Assembly: GCA_951406725.2 (NCBI GenBank)
Contig: OX597833.1
Span: forward strand, 68,448,001 to 68,512,000
Direction of reading: 5' to 3'
DNA length: 64,000 nucleotides
From: Octopus vulgaris
Taxonomy: Eukaryota
Made by a program: the position numbers and the translations under genes. The first letter of the stretch is position 1. The number at the start of each line of letters is the position of its first letter. Below, piece by piece: positions 40,120-54,693 of the stretch. Below the pieces are notes generated by a model, which saw only the letters and a program-made list of their open reading frames with translations, did not search any database and was not told the origin of the DNA.

Positions 40120-40398
40120 CATGCATATAAATACACATATGATTACAAACACAACCCTTCACACAGACACACACACATGCATATATACATATATACATAT
40201 ATAGATATATACGTATATAGATATATACCTATATAGATATATACCTATATAGATATATACCTATATAGATATATACCTATATAGATATATACCTATATAG
40301 ATATACATATATAAATATATTCATATATAGATAGATACATATATAGATAGATATATATATACATATATATGCATATATATATATATACATATATATGC

Positions 40399-40433
<35 letters not shown>

Positions 40434-40438
40434 TACAT

Positions 40439-40498
<60 letters not shown>

Positions 40499-41096
40499 AT
40501 AAAACGTGATGGAACAGAACGATGGGAACCTAATAGGATAAACGCTATTAAAAATTTACGAGCTAATGTATTTTCTAATGACAAATAGGAAAGTCTGTTA
40601 ACCAGGTGTATATTGCAAACGATATTAATATATTGCTGTGTCCTCTAGAGAGAAAGAGACACATGACACATATACGCAAATGTATATGCATGTGTGGCTG
40701 TGAATTCTACATACAGCAAAATATCACCGAATCTTTGTCTGTTGTCGGCGTAATCCGTTATATGTTAATCCTGCAGCGTAGCATAATTCATCATCGCATC
40801 GAAAGCCGTGTCTGGTATCACTTTGCAATATATTAATTGAATTAAATACGTATACGTATTATTTATTGTGACGGATTAGTTATGTCTGGCGCGTTTTTGA
40901 CTGCGCTGATCATACTTCAGATGATCATACTTCCGATGGACAATTCGCCATGTTTCGTGTGAATAGCTATGATAGCTAGAATTCCCTGTACGATATGGTA
41001 CATTGCTAAAGAACAGACGAGTAAGTCTGTATGTTTCTAGAAATATCTACCAAATATTTGTCCAATAGAACACGAGATATATCGTAAAAGTATATA

Positions 41097-41571
41097 CTTA
41101 CTTGTACTTGTGGCGACATTCACCCTGGGCGGGTTGAGTCGGCTTCTTCTTCCACCCTCGGGGCATCTCGAACCATGGCAGCCCACGCACGACGGTCCTG
41201 CGCCAGTTCACTGGTGATAGGGATTCAGTTACGGTTCCATCGGCGCAGGCCAACCACCAGCGGTCCCGTGAGCACGGTGAGGTCCTCCTTGATCGTCGTA
41301 ACCCAGGTCTTCAGCGGCCTGCCCGCGCGTTTCCGCCAGCTGGGAAGTGGAGTTGGGAGAAGAACATCACGGCTCAGTTCACCCACCGGACGCCTACATG
41401 CATGGCCAAAACACCTCAAGCGCCGTTGCAGGAGGACAGATGTAAGGGGCCGCAGAGACAGGCGAATTCGGAGATAGGCGGTGGGAACTCGATCCAACCG
41501 ACGGCAGCGAAGAATGCACCGGAGGCAGTCATTGTCGAGGACTTCCAGCCTTCGTTGATCGACTTCTTCCA
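41097..41571 (-). mobile_element. 5'-truncated RTE-clade LINE (copy 2, from the duplication)
   Basis: Same sequence as 39202-39676. Confidence 0.88.
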
Positions 41572-42282
41572 TAAGAGTATATAGGATAGTACCACTGAAG
41601 CACACATAATAGAACGCAGTTAGTACAAATAGAAACTGTCGGATCATGTGTGTACCACTACAAGGGGTGATCTGGAATAAAATAAGTTCAGTGTTTGGGA
41701 GGCTCATGTTCCATTTTGGAGCTTTGGGCCGGTATCTCAATTCGAAATCTTTTGTTTGTGTCTGTAATACTCAGTAGATACACCTTTCAGCATTTTCTGC
41801 CTACGAAATTTTAATATCGAAGGCTGTGGTTTTAAATATCGCCATATATCTAATATCTTCTCTCATATTAATTTGACTGTAAACACACACGCAATTCTAC
41901 TCATACACATATATGTGCATCATATACTTACACACACACACACGCACACACACACATACACACACACACACAACATACATATATATATATATATATATAC
42001 ATGCATATAAATACACATATGATTACAAACACAACCCTTCACACAGACACACACACATGCATATATACATATATACATATATAGATATATACGTATATAG
42101 ATATATACCTATATAGATATATACCTATATAGATATATACCTATATAGATATATACCTATATAGATATATACCTATATAGATATACATATATAAATATAT
42201 TCATATATAGATAGATACATATATAGATAGATATATATATACATATATATGCATATATATATATATATATACATATATATGC

Positions 42283-42315
<33 letters not shown>

Positions 42316-42320
42316 TACAT

Positions 42321-42380
<60 letters not shown>

Positions 42381-42867
42381 ATAAAACGTGATGGAACAGA
42401 ACGATGGGAACCTAATAGGATAAACGCTATTAAAAATTTACGAGCTAATGTATTTTCTAATGACAAATAGGAAAGTCTGTTAACCAGGTGTATATTGCAA
42501 ACGATATTAATATATTGCTGTGTCCTCTAGAGGAATCTGTTATGCGTCACTTTGCAATATATTAATTGAATTAAATACGTATACAGGTATTGTTAGCTGT
42601 GTAAGCCGATTAATAAGTTTTGCTTCGAGAAATTCTACAAGGTCTCAAATGTGGAAAGCAATTCGTAAACATATTAATTGCTAATTAGATGATAGTATAG
42701 GGAGCCATATACTGTAAAAAGCACATATACTCTGCTAAAGGGTAACTCGAAACGGTGGCTAAAATATCAGCCATGTTGCAACGTGATGTGTTTTTGGTAC
42801 ACCACAGTTTCGAACACAGGAAATAGGCTTGTCGGTGATTCGACCGGATTGAATGCATTAATAGTTA

Positions 42868-42993
42868 TATGGATAAATATATATATGTATGTATGTATAT
42901 ATGTACATATATATGTATGTATATATAAATATATATATATATATATATAGATAGATATATATATATATATGTATGTATATATGTATATATATG

Positions 42994-43036
<43 letters not shown>

Positions 43037-43515
43037 ATATGTATATATATATATATGTATGTATATATGTATATATATATATGTATGTATATATGTATAT
43101 ATATATGTATGTATATATGTATATATATATATATATGTATGTATATATGTATATATATATATATATATGTATGTATATATGTATATATATATATGTATGT
43201 ATATATGTATATATATATATGTATGTATATATGTATATATATATATATATATGTATGTATATATGTATATATATATATATATGTATGTATGTATATATGT
43301 ATATATATATATATGTATGTATATATGTATATATATATATATGTATGTATATATGTATATATATATATATGCATGTATATACATATGTATATATATGCAT
43401 GTATATACATATGTATATATATGCATGTATGTATGTATATCTTTGTATTTGTATATGAATGTATATATATATGCATGTATATATATTTTATATATGTAAT
43501 TATATATATATATAT
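42868..43515. repeat. (TA)n/(TATG)n compound microsatellite
   Basis: Read directly. Similar arrays at 1885-2225, 15005-15268, 50280-50720, 54540-54930 and 59698-59990. Confidence 0.97.
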
Positions 43516-44722
43516 AGAGAGAAATTTTTCTACTTGTTAATTCATTCATTGATAAAGTCCACATACAACATGGACAAAATAGTTTTCGTAGAAAAATACG
43601 TATTTAAACAAACGTTAGTGTCATGATTAGCGAAAGCGAAACCGGTCGATAAACACAATAGAAAATATATTAAAATATATATTAAAACTATGTAAAAAAC
43701 AAGTGTGTGCATTTTCCATCTTTAAATGTACATATGAGTGTTTGAGTGTGTGTGTGAGCGTGTGTCTGTGTGTCTGGGTATAGATTATAATTTTGTGTTT
43801 GACTATAATTTACTAATGTTTCTGTTTATTTATGAAACAAGACCAAGCAATTTGCCAGTAGAGGTGATAACAATAAATCAAATATATCCATGAATTTGAG
43901 ACACACTAAAACAAATTTCGTGATCCTCTCACCTTACTGAAATATATGTCAAATCTCTTACAAATATTATATATTGCCCTGAATAAATAAAAATATGATA
44001 TTGAAAATATTAGTCGTGGACAAGTCACGCGTGGAATGACTTTGATCTTAGATTTGGTCGAGCGGTTTGACCTCAGTCTAAACAACAACTTTCCCAGCAA
44101 AATATTTTTTGAACTTTTCAACTTCCAATTTTACTGTTTATTGTCTGTCATCATAGGTCAAAATTGGATGCAGAGCAATATATAAAACATTGGAACTTCG
44201 GCTCTGCTGCTGAGAATAGAGATGCTCCATCATTTTATTTACCAGCTCTTTCATATTACATTCCATGCACCTGTACACTTAATGAGATTCCCAGGTAGAA
44301 TCACGTCTGACAGAGCCAGATTTTTTGAGAGTCGGAATTACAAATGTATAAATGCGTAATTTCCGGTAACCTACTTTACTCACAATTCTTGGAGCAACTA
44401 TTGGAAACGCTTTGATAAAATTTCCAGAGGTAAGACTCAGCGAGATGGAACGTAGGAACTTGCGCTTCTGAAGTGAAGTTTTTAAACAAGGCGCGTATAG
44501 TAGAGCTGGGATGATCGATGTAAGCAACAGACTATGAATATATAATTAGTTTCATAGTCAATGAATTTCAATTAAATGTAGACCAGTAATATAGAGAATT
44601 TAATAATACACAGCTGTAAACACACACATGTACACACACACTCATATATGTGTGTGACATACACACATATACACGCACACACATATATATATTTACACAT
44701 ATATTTACATATGTATGTGTAT

Positions 44723-44764
<42 letters not shown>

Positions 44765-45000
44765 ATGTATATATAGACATATGTATGTGTATGTATGTGT
44801 ATATATATATACACACACAAATCGTTGGTATTATGTTAAACTGTTGTATGTCCAAATTGGGTCAAGCTACTTCAGATGCCATGATATATCAAAAATTGTC
44901 AAAGTGCAGTACAGCAGTTTGCTATGGAAGGGTGCAACTATTTTCTCATTTTAGAAAAAGAAACGTTTTGGACGTACGACACTTTTGCATAATAACAATG

Positions 45001-45043
<43 letters not shown>

Positions 45044-45412
45044 ACAGACGTCCGTGTACCAAATTCAAAATTCATTTGCAATGCCTTGGTTGGCCCGAAG
45101 CTATAGTAGAAGACTCTTGCTCAAATGTCTGTCAGGAAGACAGAAACAGAAACTTCGTAGCTGGGAGCGAGATTTGTTTTAGCTCCTCAATTCTGTACAC
45201 TCTACTGAGATTGAGCACATCCGTAGTAATAATGCTTGGAAACTCAGCGTTACCATAAACACTCTAAATTGATATATACACAAGCAACAATCCTACTTTC
45301 ATCCATTCTGAAACTCCATTTGCTCACTGTCTCCAAGTAGTGTGAAAACCTTTAAACAGAAGAAACAGGAAAAAGAGATGGTGTGATAACTAGAGAAATC
45401 TTCAAGACAATT

Positions 45413-45607
45413 ACTCTCTTGTACTCTTTTACTTGTTTCAGTCATTTGACTGCGGCCATGCTGGAGCACCGCCTTTAGTCGAGCAAATCGCCCCCCCCCC
45501 AGTACTTATTCTATCGGGCTCTTTTGCCGAACCGCTAAGTTACGGGGACGTAAACACACCAGCATCGTTTGTCAAGCAATGCTAGAGGGACAAACACAGA
45601 CACACAA

Positions 45608-45682
<75 letters not shown>

Positions 45683-45848
45683 TACGACAGGCTTCTTTTC
45701 AGTTTCCGTCTACCAAATCCACTCACAAGGCATTGGTCGGCCCGGGGCTATAGCAGAAGACACTTGCCCAAGGTGCCACGCAGTGGGACTGAACCCGGAA
45801 CCATGTGGTTGGTTAGCAAGCTACTTACCACACAGCCACTCCTGCGCC
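45413..45848 (-). mobile_element. SINE family A, near full length
   Basis: Reverse complement of family A with a long internal (TA)n. Confidence 0.92.
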
Positions 45849-46125
45849 TATTGGTAGTCTTTCTTTACATATTTGTAAACTAAAGTCTAAATTCAGATCT
45901 TTTAACATGTTGATATAAACATTTTTGCCTTTGGTTTAAACGTAAATATCATATGTTACATATCAATGTTTCGTACAATTTTGCCAGAAGCAAAGAAGAG
46001 GTATGATATAGTTTCTTGCTTTTCCATGCAGTGTAGCATCTGAATAATGTCTAGTTGGATAATCAAATAAGTTGGATATAAAATGGAATACATTGCATAA
46101 AAATATTTCCTTATGCATTAGCCTA

Positions 46126-46168
<43 letters not shown>

Positions 46169-46831
46169 AAACAGACAGAGAGAAAGAGAGAGAAAAAGAC
46201 ATAAAGAGAGAGGGAGAGAAAGGAAAAGCGAGGGATTGGTAGAAATGTACATTATATATAATGCTAGATATATTCATACGATCTTGTTGGCCAATAAAAA
46301 TCCAAATTGAATAGACTTAAATATATTTCAACAATATACATATTTATGGAAATTTATGTAGATATATTGGTGTGCAATTCAGGTGGATAAGAGTCCCTGC
46401 TCATTTTCCTCTTCCATTCTGCATTTGCTGCATAAATATCTATGCAATTTTGGAGTCATAATCCAAAAATATTTCATCGGTTCTACTAAATTCTCACTCA
46501 ACACACGCAGTATAATTTACGCACGCATACACTCACACACATATATATATATTCGCTAACGATGTTTTAGACCTTATTTAAGTATACAGAAGTATCTCGC
46601 TATGTCAGACTTCTTGTATGTGTGTGCGTGTGTGTGTGTGTGTGTGTACGCGCGGTCAGGTGAGTTTGTGCGGTAAGAGGTTTGCTTCCCGAAACTGCCG
46701 TTTTGGGTTCAGTACCTCTGCGAGGCATCTAGGCAATAATATTCTATTAAAGGCTCGGGTGGACCAAATCATTGTTCTGAGTGTGTATGGTAAACGAAAA
46801 CTGTAAGAAACATGCCACGAGCAATATATAT

Positions 46832-47025
46832 AAAGTTAATCCAAACATGAAAACACAACAACGCGAGGACATCGAACAAATAGAGTATTATTTGGACGCT
46901 CAGGAAGGAAGGGAAGAAGGAGGGTTTTACGTTTCGAGCGGAGCTCTTCGTCTAATCATAGGTAAAGGAAAGCTCTAGAGAAGGGAAGACGGAGGGAAAA
47001 AAATCGCCAACGGTACACACGCGGT

Positions 47026-47027
<2 letters not shown>
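46832..47027 (-). mobile_element. Penelope-like terminal fragment, related subfamily, with a mutated hammerhead motif
   Basis: Minus strand of ~46925-46957 reads tagacgaa-gagc-tcc-gctc-GAAACGTA-aaa. Shares the downstream cctgagcg motif with the 3640 and 63421 copies. Bounded by TA and CA repeats. Confidence 0.55.
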
Positions 47028-47056
<29 letters not shown>

Positions 47057-48406
47057 GCACACACACGTAGAAGGATAAGTCTATATCTGCTTAAATACGT
47101 GTTTGTCCGGTAAATATATATACTGACAGAAGGATTGAAACGGGTCCAGTGATTCCAACTTTGCTCACGGAGCGGTTGTCTCCCCTCTCTGCCTATGTAA
47201 CTCTGTGTTTCAAGCAGTTTTAAGATATTTAATACTTCATTAGCATTGGAACTCACCAAGCAAAAGTCTTAATTCGGTCGATCGACCAGTTAGAGATAGC
47301 TTCTCATATTCCCTTATGTTATGACCTAGAAGTCTTAAAGTTGGAAGGAACCGTTAGATAATGTCGTCATAGATAGGAAAAAAAATGATCCAAGGTTCAT
47401 AGTTGCATTACAAGCTCTTTGATCACGGGTATTCTGGCTCAGTATGAAGGTGAGGCTAGGCCACAATATCAAAAACTAAATTACTAGCGATAAGTGAACG
47501 ATTCTTCTTCTTCTTCTCGTTCTTCTTCTTCTTCTTCAGTGTGTTCATCTAAGAATTCTTTTTGCTTCTTGCTCTTGACCTCATCAGCATCCTTATATTA
47601 CTCCTCTTCCTCCTCCTCATCATATTCATCATAAACATCATCATCATCATTACTACTACTACTACTACTAGTAATATTAATTATTATAGTAGTGTTAGTA
47701 TTATTATTATTACTATTAGTAATAGTAGTAGTAGTAGTAGTAGAAGAAGAAAAGTATCAGTAGAAGTAGTAGTAACACTAACAATTGTAGCAACGGTTGT
47801 ACAGCTCTAACTGCTGCCCTTCATTCTTCTTCTTAATATTATTATTATTATTATTATTATTACGCTTATCATTATTATTATTAGTATTAGTATTAGTATT
47901 TTCATTAATATTAATAATAATAATAATAATAATAGTCGTATGCTAGAGGCGATAAATAATTCATTACCATTAAAACGCCGGTTTCGATACCATGTTCAAT
48001 TAACTATGGAAACTCCTCTTGATAGTAAAATCAAATCACACAAACACATACACACACACACACACACAAAATAAAGAGCAGTAAAAAAAAACCTGCAACA
48101 AAAGCTTGGGGAACAAAAAACAATATACAAACAACATTATTATTAATGTGATGCTTTGCCAAAGAAGGGGAACATTTTTCGCCTTCGTTTACAAAGGGTC
48201 TTTGAGATTCAGTTCCAGTAGCATAGTGCTGCTTTTAACGACATGTTCACCTCCACAACCATACATTCAATCAAAGTTTTTTTTTTCCCATTCATCAGAT
48301 CATGCTCAATCTCTGGTTACCATCAATACCATCGTCACCTTAATGTGTTTGCACGGCTTCTCTTTGTTTCCTTTTAATACATTTTCATGTTGAATCTTGA
48401 GAACAA

Positions 48407-48407
<1 letters not shown>

Positions 48408-48444
<37 letters not shown>

Positions 48445-48577
48445 TAATAATAATAATGATAATAATAATGATAATAATAATAAGGCAGACATGTTTTGTT
48501 AATTTTTGTGGTGTAAATTCAAGCAGTTATAATAATAAATATAATAAATATAATAATTTGAGTTATTTTAATAATAC

Positions 48578-48613
<36 letters not shown>

Positions 48614-48865
48614 GGCAGACATGTTTTGTTAATTTTTGTAGTGTAAATTCTAGCAGTTATAATAATAAATATAATAAATATAATAATTTGCGTTATTTTA
48701 ATAATACGAATAATAATAATAATAATGATGATAATAATAATAATAATAAGGCAGACATGTTTTGTCAATTTTTGTGGTGTAAATTCTAGCAGTTTTAATA
48801 ATAAATATAATAATTTGTGTAATTTTAATAATACGAATAATAATAATAATAATAATAATAATGAT
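48408..48865. repeat. Three tandem ~130-bp units separated by (AAT)n
   Basis: aaggcagacatgttttg..gtgtaaattc..ttttaataatacgaat recurs at ~48482, ~48612 and ~48748. Confidence 0.92.
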
Positions 48866-49127
48866 AGTTAGAATGAACATTAATATTTTTAGCATTAATA
48901 TAATTAATGTGGACATAAAATAATAACAGTCATAAAATAATAACATCAGAAATAATAATAACAGAACTAGTTTCAAATTTTGTCACAAGGCCAGCAACTT
49001 TCGAGGAGGAAGTAGGTCGTTTACATCGGCCCCTCTGCCTGGCCGGTATTTATTTTATCGATTAAAAAAGGAATGAAAGACAGAGTCGACCTTCAACGAC
49101 AGCAAAAACAACAATAATAATAGTAAT

Positions 49128-49340
49128 AATATTTTCTACTATAGTCACAAGGACCGAGATATTGGGAGTGGGGACTAATCGATTACATCGACCCCAGTTT
49201 TTCACTGATAATTTATTGACCCCCGAATAGGTTGAAAGGCAAAGTCGAGCTCGGCCGAATATGAACTCAGAAAGTAAAGGTGGACGAAATACGGCTAAGA
49301 ATTTTGCCCGTCGTGCAAACTATCCTGCCAGCTCGCCGCC

Positions 49341-49342
<2 letters not shown>
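49128..49342 (-). mobile_element. Diverged SINE family B with the alternative tail
   Basis: gaaaggcaaagtcgagctcggc..ctgccagctcgccgcctt. Older fragments lie at ~48970-49095 and ~58015-58210. Confidence 0.75.
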
Positions 49343-49376
<34 letters not shown>

Positions 49377-50289
49377 GATGATGTTCAAGGTAACGATAAT
49401 AATAATCTTGACGATGAATTTAATGATTATGAAATTGACGCTCATATGTTCGATAATGGTAAAATTGCTGCTGGAGGACGCTGGAAATGGCTTAACTAAC
49501 CCCACCAGCACCACTTGTTACAATAAACACACTAGTAGTACTAGTAGTAGTAGTCGTAGTAGTAGTAGTAGTAGTAGTAGTAACTGCGGTAGAATCAACA
49601 GCGGTTATTTCAAAAGTTTTCTGGCGCTTTTAATGCAAGGGTGATATCAATATTAGTGGCGATTGCGTGTTTCACATGTTGAAATAATAAATTGTAACGT
49701 TCGTTACTAAAATAAATAAAAGAAGCTCTCTCTCTCTCGCACACAAAACCGATGTTATTATAAATGACCATTCTCAAAATCACTCAATACAACTGTCATC
49801 ATTCACTTCGTTATCATAATTGCTTTCTTTTCATTTTATTCTTCTATCGAACATTTATTTTTTTCTTTCTCCTATGTTTGAACATTATCTATTTTTTAAT
49901 ATTTTCTTTTTATATTTTGCATTCAGTTTGCTTTCAGTTTTCTCTCTGCATTTTTTCTTCTTTCAAAGTGACTTATTATTATTTTTCGTATTTCCATTTT
50001 TATGCTGTTTTTTTTTTATTTCAGTGCTTGTTTGCGAATATTTCTACATCATCTTTTTTTTTTTTTTCTACAGTTGCAATTCGGAGACAGTTCTGAGTTG
50101 ATTATAACGTAATTTTCTTCGAAAGTAATGGCATTCAAAGAGTTCAGATTCTCTGCTAGTTCTAGAAATGATTGATTTGGATTTAAATTATTTTTTTTTT
50201 AGTTTTTAACTAATAAAAAAAAGAAGAAATAAAATATGCGAATTGTAATATACAAAAAAGAACATAAAAAAGAAATTCATATATATATG

Positions 50290-50322
<33 letters not shown>

Positions 50323-50327
50323 GTATG

Positions 50328-50366
<39 letters not shown>

Positions 50367-50675
50367 GTATATATATATATATGTATGTATATATATATGT
50401 ATGTATATATATGTATATATATATGTATGTATATATATGTATATATATGTATGTATATATATGTATATATATGTATCTATCTATATATGTATCTATATAT
50501 ATATATATGTATCTATATATATATATATGTATCTATCTATATATGTATCTATATATATATATGTATCTATCTATATATGTATCTATATATATATGTATCT
50601 ATATGTATCTATCTATATATATATATGTATCTATATGTATATATATGTATGTATATATATGTATATATATGCATG

Positions 50676-50706
<31 letters not shown>

Positions 50707-52179
50707 GCATATATGTAAATAATGTATGTCTGTATGTATGAAACGAAGTGTGTGACGTCAACGCTTGACAAAAAAATGTTTTTATTTTGTTAACAGCTAC
50801 TTTGATTTTTCTACGACACACTATTGTAAACAGAAAATCACGACTCCTCAAGAATTTAAAAGTAAAATCCAAAATACCATACATAAAAGTAGAATTAAAA
50901 TCGAATGTAAAGGAATTTTATTTGTAATTCAATTTTTTTGATGTTTTTTTTTAAATATATTTTCAGGAATGTAGCTTTTCTTGGTTTTTATTCGTTTCCT
51001 TCTCAAGTTTATATTTTTAAAAATTTTTCTCTATTTTTTTTTTATTACTTCGTTGTTCAATTATGTTTGTGTATGTATTTCTTCAATTTTCTTCTACTGC
51101 TTTGATTATGTGGCGTTGAATTTCCAAGAGATGAAGATTGGTACACTTGTCATAGTCTTTTTCACTGGTTATTCAACTGCAACGCTGATTGGTAGTCTAT
51201 TGGCTTCTTACCATGACACTAGGGCACAAACTTTTAGAGAATATATGCAAAGAAAATTGTAAGGTTTGTGTGGGAGTAATTTTTTCAACGGCATCCTATC
51301 ACCAAACTGTTTCATAAAATATCTTCAGAATGCAGATTTTATAATCAAACTCCATATAGATATGATTTTGGCAACTATCATGGAAATGCTCGAAAAGCTA
51401 CAATGATATTTGGAAAATTATTGTCTTTTGTTATTTTATTATAGACATTTTTCTATTCATTTCGTATGATGTATTTATATGTAAGGTGGTCTGGTGGTGA
51501 GAAAGTGTATTTAATATCACAGCACAGATTTCCCAAAATGTTAATAGAATATTTCATAACGCAGACTGGACATTATATTACTTCAGCGGGGTGCCTTCCA
51601 GTAAAAATACTCAATTCCGATTGTCGGTATCAAATCACGTTCAAAAAGGCAGAAATCCATACTTTGGATCATGACCAAGTTTGAATTAAACCTTCAATGC
51701 TATTACACTGTTCTGCTTCAAACAATTTTGGTACGAAGAATTTTTCTGAAAACTTGTTGTCTCGAAGCGATAATTTTAATGACACAGAAACCTCTGCGTT
51801 GGGAAAAAATATGTTTAGTTAATTGAATTCAGAGTTCTTTGTGGTTCGGGCAATCATAGTTGAAGTTGAAATTATCTATAATGACCAACAGTGATCAGAG
51901 ATACGAAGTTCACTCGTGGAAGCTTTCCATACCGAATGAAAAATACGTATGTATGCTGTGGATCAAACATACACACGTTTGTGTGTATATATCTATATAA
52001 ATTTCCATGCATCTGCTTGGTAAAACCGTTTGTCTCATAGGTATCTGGATTATTTTTACACAAATTCGTTGCAACTGCGAATCATAAAATCTGAGAAGGA
52101 CATTGTAGCATTAAGCTGTTTCATTCTTTGAAATCCTGTTCTCCTTCCTTATAATATTTAATAAACACATACGCACAAA

Positions 52180-52230
<51 letters not shown>

Positions 52231-52357
52231 GTGTGTATATATATATATATAGAGAGAGAGACATATATATATATATATACAGACATATATATATATACAG
52301 ACATATATATACATACATACATATGTGTATGTATTTATGAATAACCTTCTCTCTCTC

Positions 52358-52401
<44 letters not shown>

Positions 52402-52793
52402 CTCTCCTTCTTAACGACAAAAGCCGTATTAGACTAGCATTCTGAACATTAGACTTATCAGATAATCATGGAAAGTGCGTTATTCTTCACGAAATAAGCA
52501 TTTCGTATATATGTATAGTGTTAAATATCACACGAATATATGAGAAGCTAAAAGGCACTGTTTGCTATCACTAGTTGGATCCTTAGATATCTATTTTTAA
52601 ACGTCATCCTTACCAAGTAGTTACAAGCAGCTCATGACAAAACAATTATACCCACCACTGATTTAGAGAATGGCATAAGGATGTAAGTATCAATCTAAAT
52701 ATATCTTTCGCTCCCTCTCTCAAATTTTTGTATATATATACATATATATACATATATGGATAGCCAAGTTACAAGCATGAATGTATGTGTTAT

Positions 52794-53010
52794 TACTCTT
52801 TTACTTGTTTCAGTCATTTGACTGCAGCCATGCTGGAGCACCGCATTTAATCGAGCAACTCGACCCCGGGGCTTATTCTTTTGTAAGCACAGTACTTATT
52901 ATTTCGGTCTCTTTTTCCGAACCGCTAAGTAACGGGGGAAATAAACACACCAGCACCGGTTGCCAAGCAATGCTAGGGGGACAAACACAGACACACAAAC
53001 ACACACACGC

Positions 53011-53043
<33 letters not shown>

Positions 53044-53212
53044 TACACTCGATGGGCTTCTTTCAGTTTCCGTCTACCAAATCCACTCACAAGGCATTGA
53101 TCGGCCCGGGGCTATAGCAGAAAACACTTGCCCAAGATGCCACGCAGTGGGACTGAACCCGGAACCATGTGGTTGGTTAGCAAGCTACTTACCACACAGC
53201 CACTCCTGCGCC
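52794..53212 (-). mobile_element. SINE family A, full length
   Basis: Reverse complement of family A from head to tail. Confidence 0.92.
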
Positions 53213-53841
53213 TATAATAATTTATAATAATAAATACGATGCAATTTCTGATGTTCAATGTCCAGAGGACAGTCTGAAAATTTCAATCGTTGTAAGAAGT
53301 GCATGGTTTACATGTTTGGATTTTGTAGTTCACGGCGAGGAGGGGGAACCGTAAGATACAGGGGGTGAACTCTAGTTTTGTCATTTAAAACTGAGATGTT
53401 CGGGAGATCAAGGTGAGTATTGTTAAAATAGAGTAGAGCAAGAATGAGAACAGGGAACGGGAAAGAGAGAGAGAGAGTAAGAGAACCAAGTAAGACACTG
53501 TGAGATAGTGAACATCTCTGCATACAATATCTTCTCAAGTATAAAACATCCATTGAATATTCTTAATTTTGTATTAAGCAAATATTTATTCAGTAGTTGC
53601 AAATAATATGGCAATCAACCACATACATCGACCAATTCACAAAGATACGACCATTTCGCAAGGTAGCGCCTCCATATACACATACAGTGGCACGCGTGTA
53701 TGTTTGCTTAAACGCCTACATTTACACAAAGACATGTGTGTATATATAACCACATATACGTATATGCTGTCCATTAGTTTATATATGCACACAACTCTAT
53801 TTATATAGAATAGATTGAATTGAATGAGAAACAGAATATAA

Positions 53842-53894
<53 letters not shown>

Positions 53895-54661
53895 GTGTGT
53901 GCGTATGTTTATATATTTGGTTGTGTGTGTATATGTATAGATATGTATGTATAATATATATAAATATACACGCACGCTCACTCATATGTGTGTGTCTGTG
54001 TGCACATAAAATATATATTTTCCTTCAAGCATTTCTAAAATAAACCTGACAACTGAAGTTTTGCAATATATCATTATGAAATATATTGTTAGTAATGCAG
54101 ATATAATAGACAAGAATTTAGGCAGGGAGGGAGTGAGAGAGAGAGAGAGAGAAAAAGAGAAAGAGAGAGGAATTATGAATTAATAAACGAGAGATAGATA
54201 GGGTAAGAATCGAAGGAGAGCGACATAAAAAGACAAACGGAGAAATAAGGTAGAGAGCTAGTGAAGGAGAAGCAGGTGCGGAGAGAAATAGAGAAGGAGA
54301 GATAAAGATAAATATATATTCTTTTCTTTTATATAGATATGAATTGATGAATAGGCGATAGTAATATTCAACATAATATGCTTCTTACGATGAATGACAG
54401 TTTTAGTCGCATATTAACCAGGAAAGTATAGAAAGGAGGGCAAACGTGAAGGAAAGAATTTCAGGAATAAACGATTGTGACTAGAGAGTGAAAAATACAT
54501 TGACTAGCAGAGAAAATTATCTGATGTGCGTTTCGCCTATATATGTGTGTGTGTGTGTGTGTGTATGTGTGTGTGTGTATAAAAGTATGTATATATATGT
54601 ATATATTTATGCATATATATGCATATATATATATGTATATATATATATATGCATATATATG

Positions 54662-54693
<32 letters not shown>

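Larger units (their letters stand above)
38974..42532. repeat. ~1.67-kb near-identical tandem duplication (38974-40650 and 40869-42532)
   Basis: Identical ORFs at offset 1895. The visible differences are almost confined to microsatellites. Confidence 0.97.
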
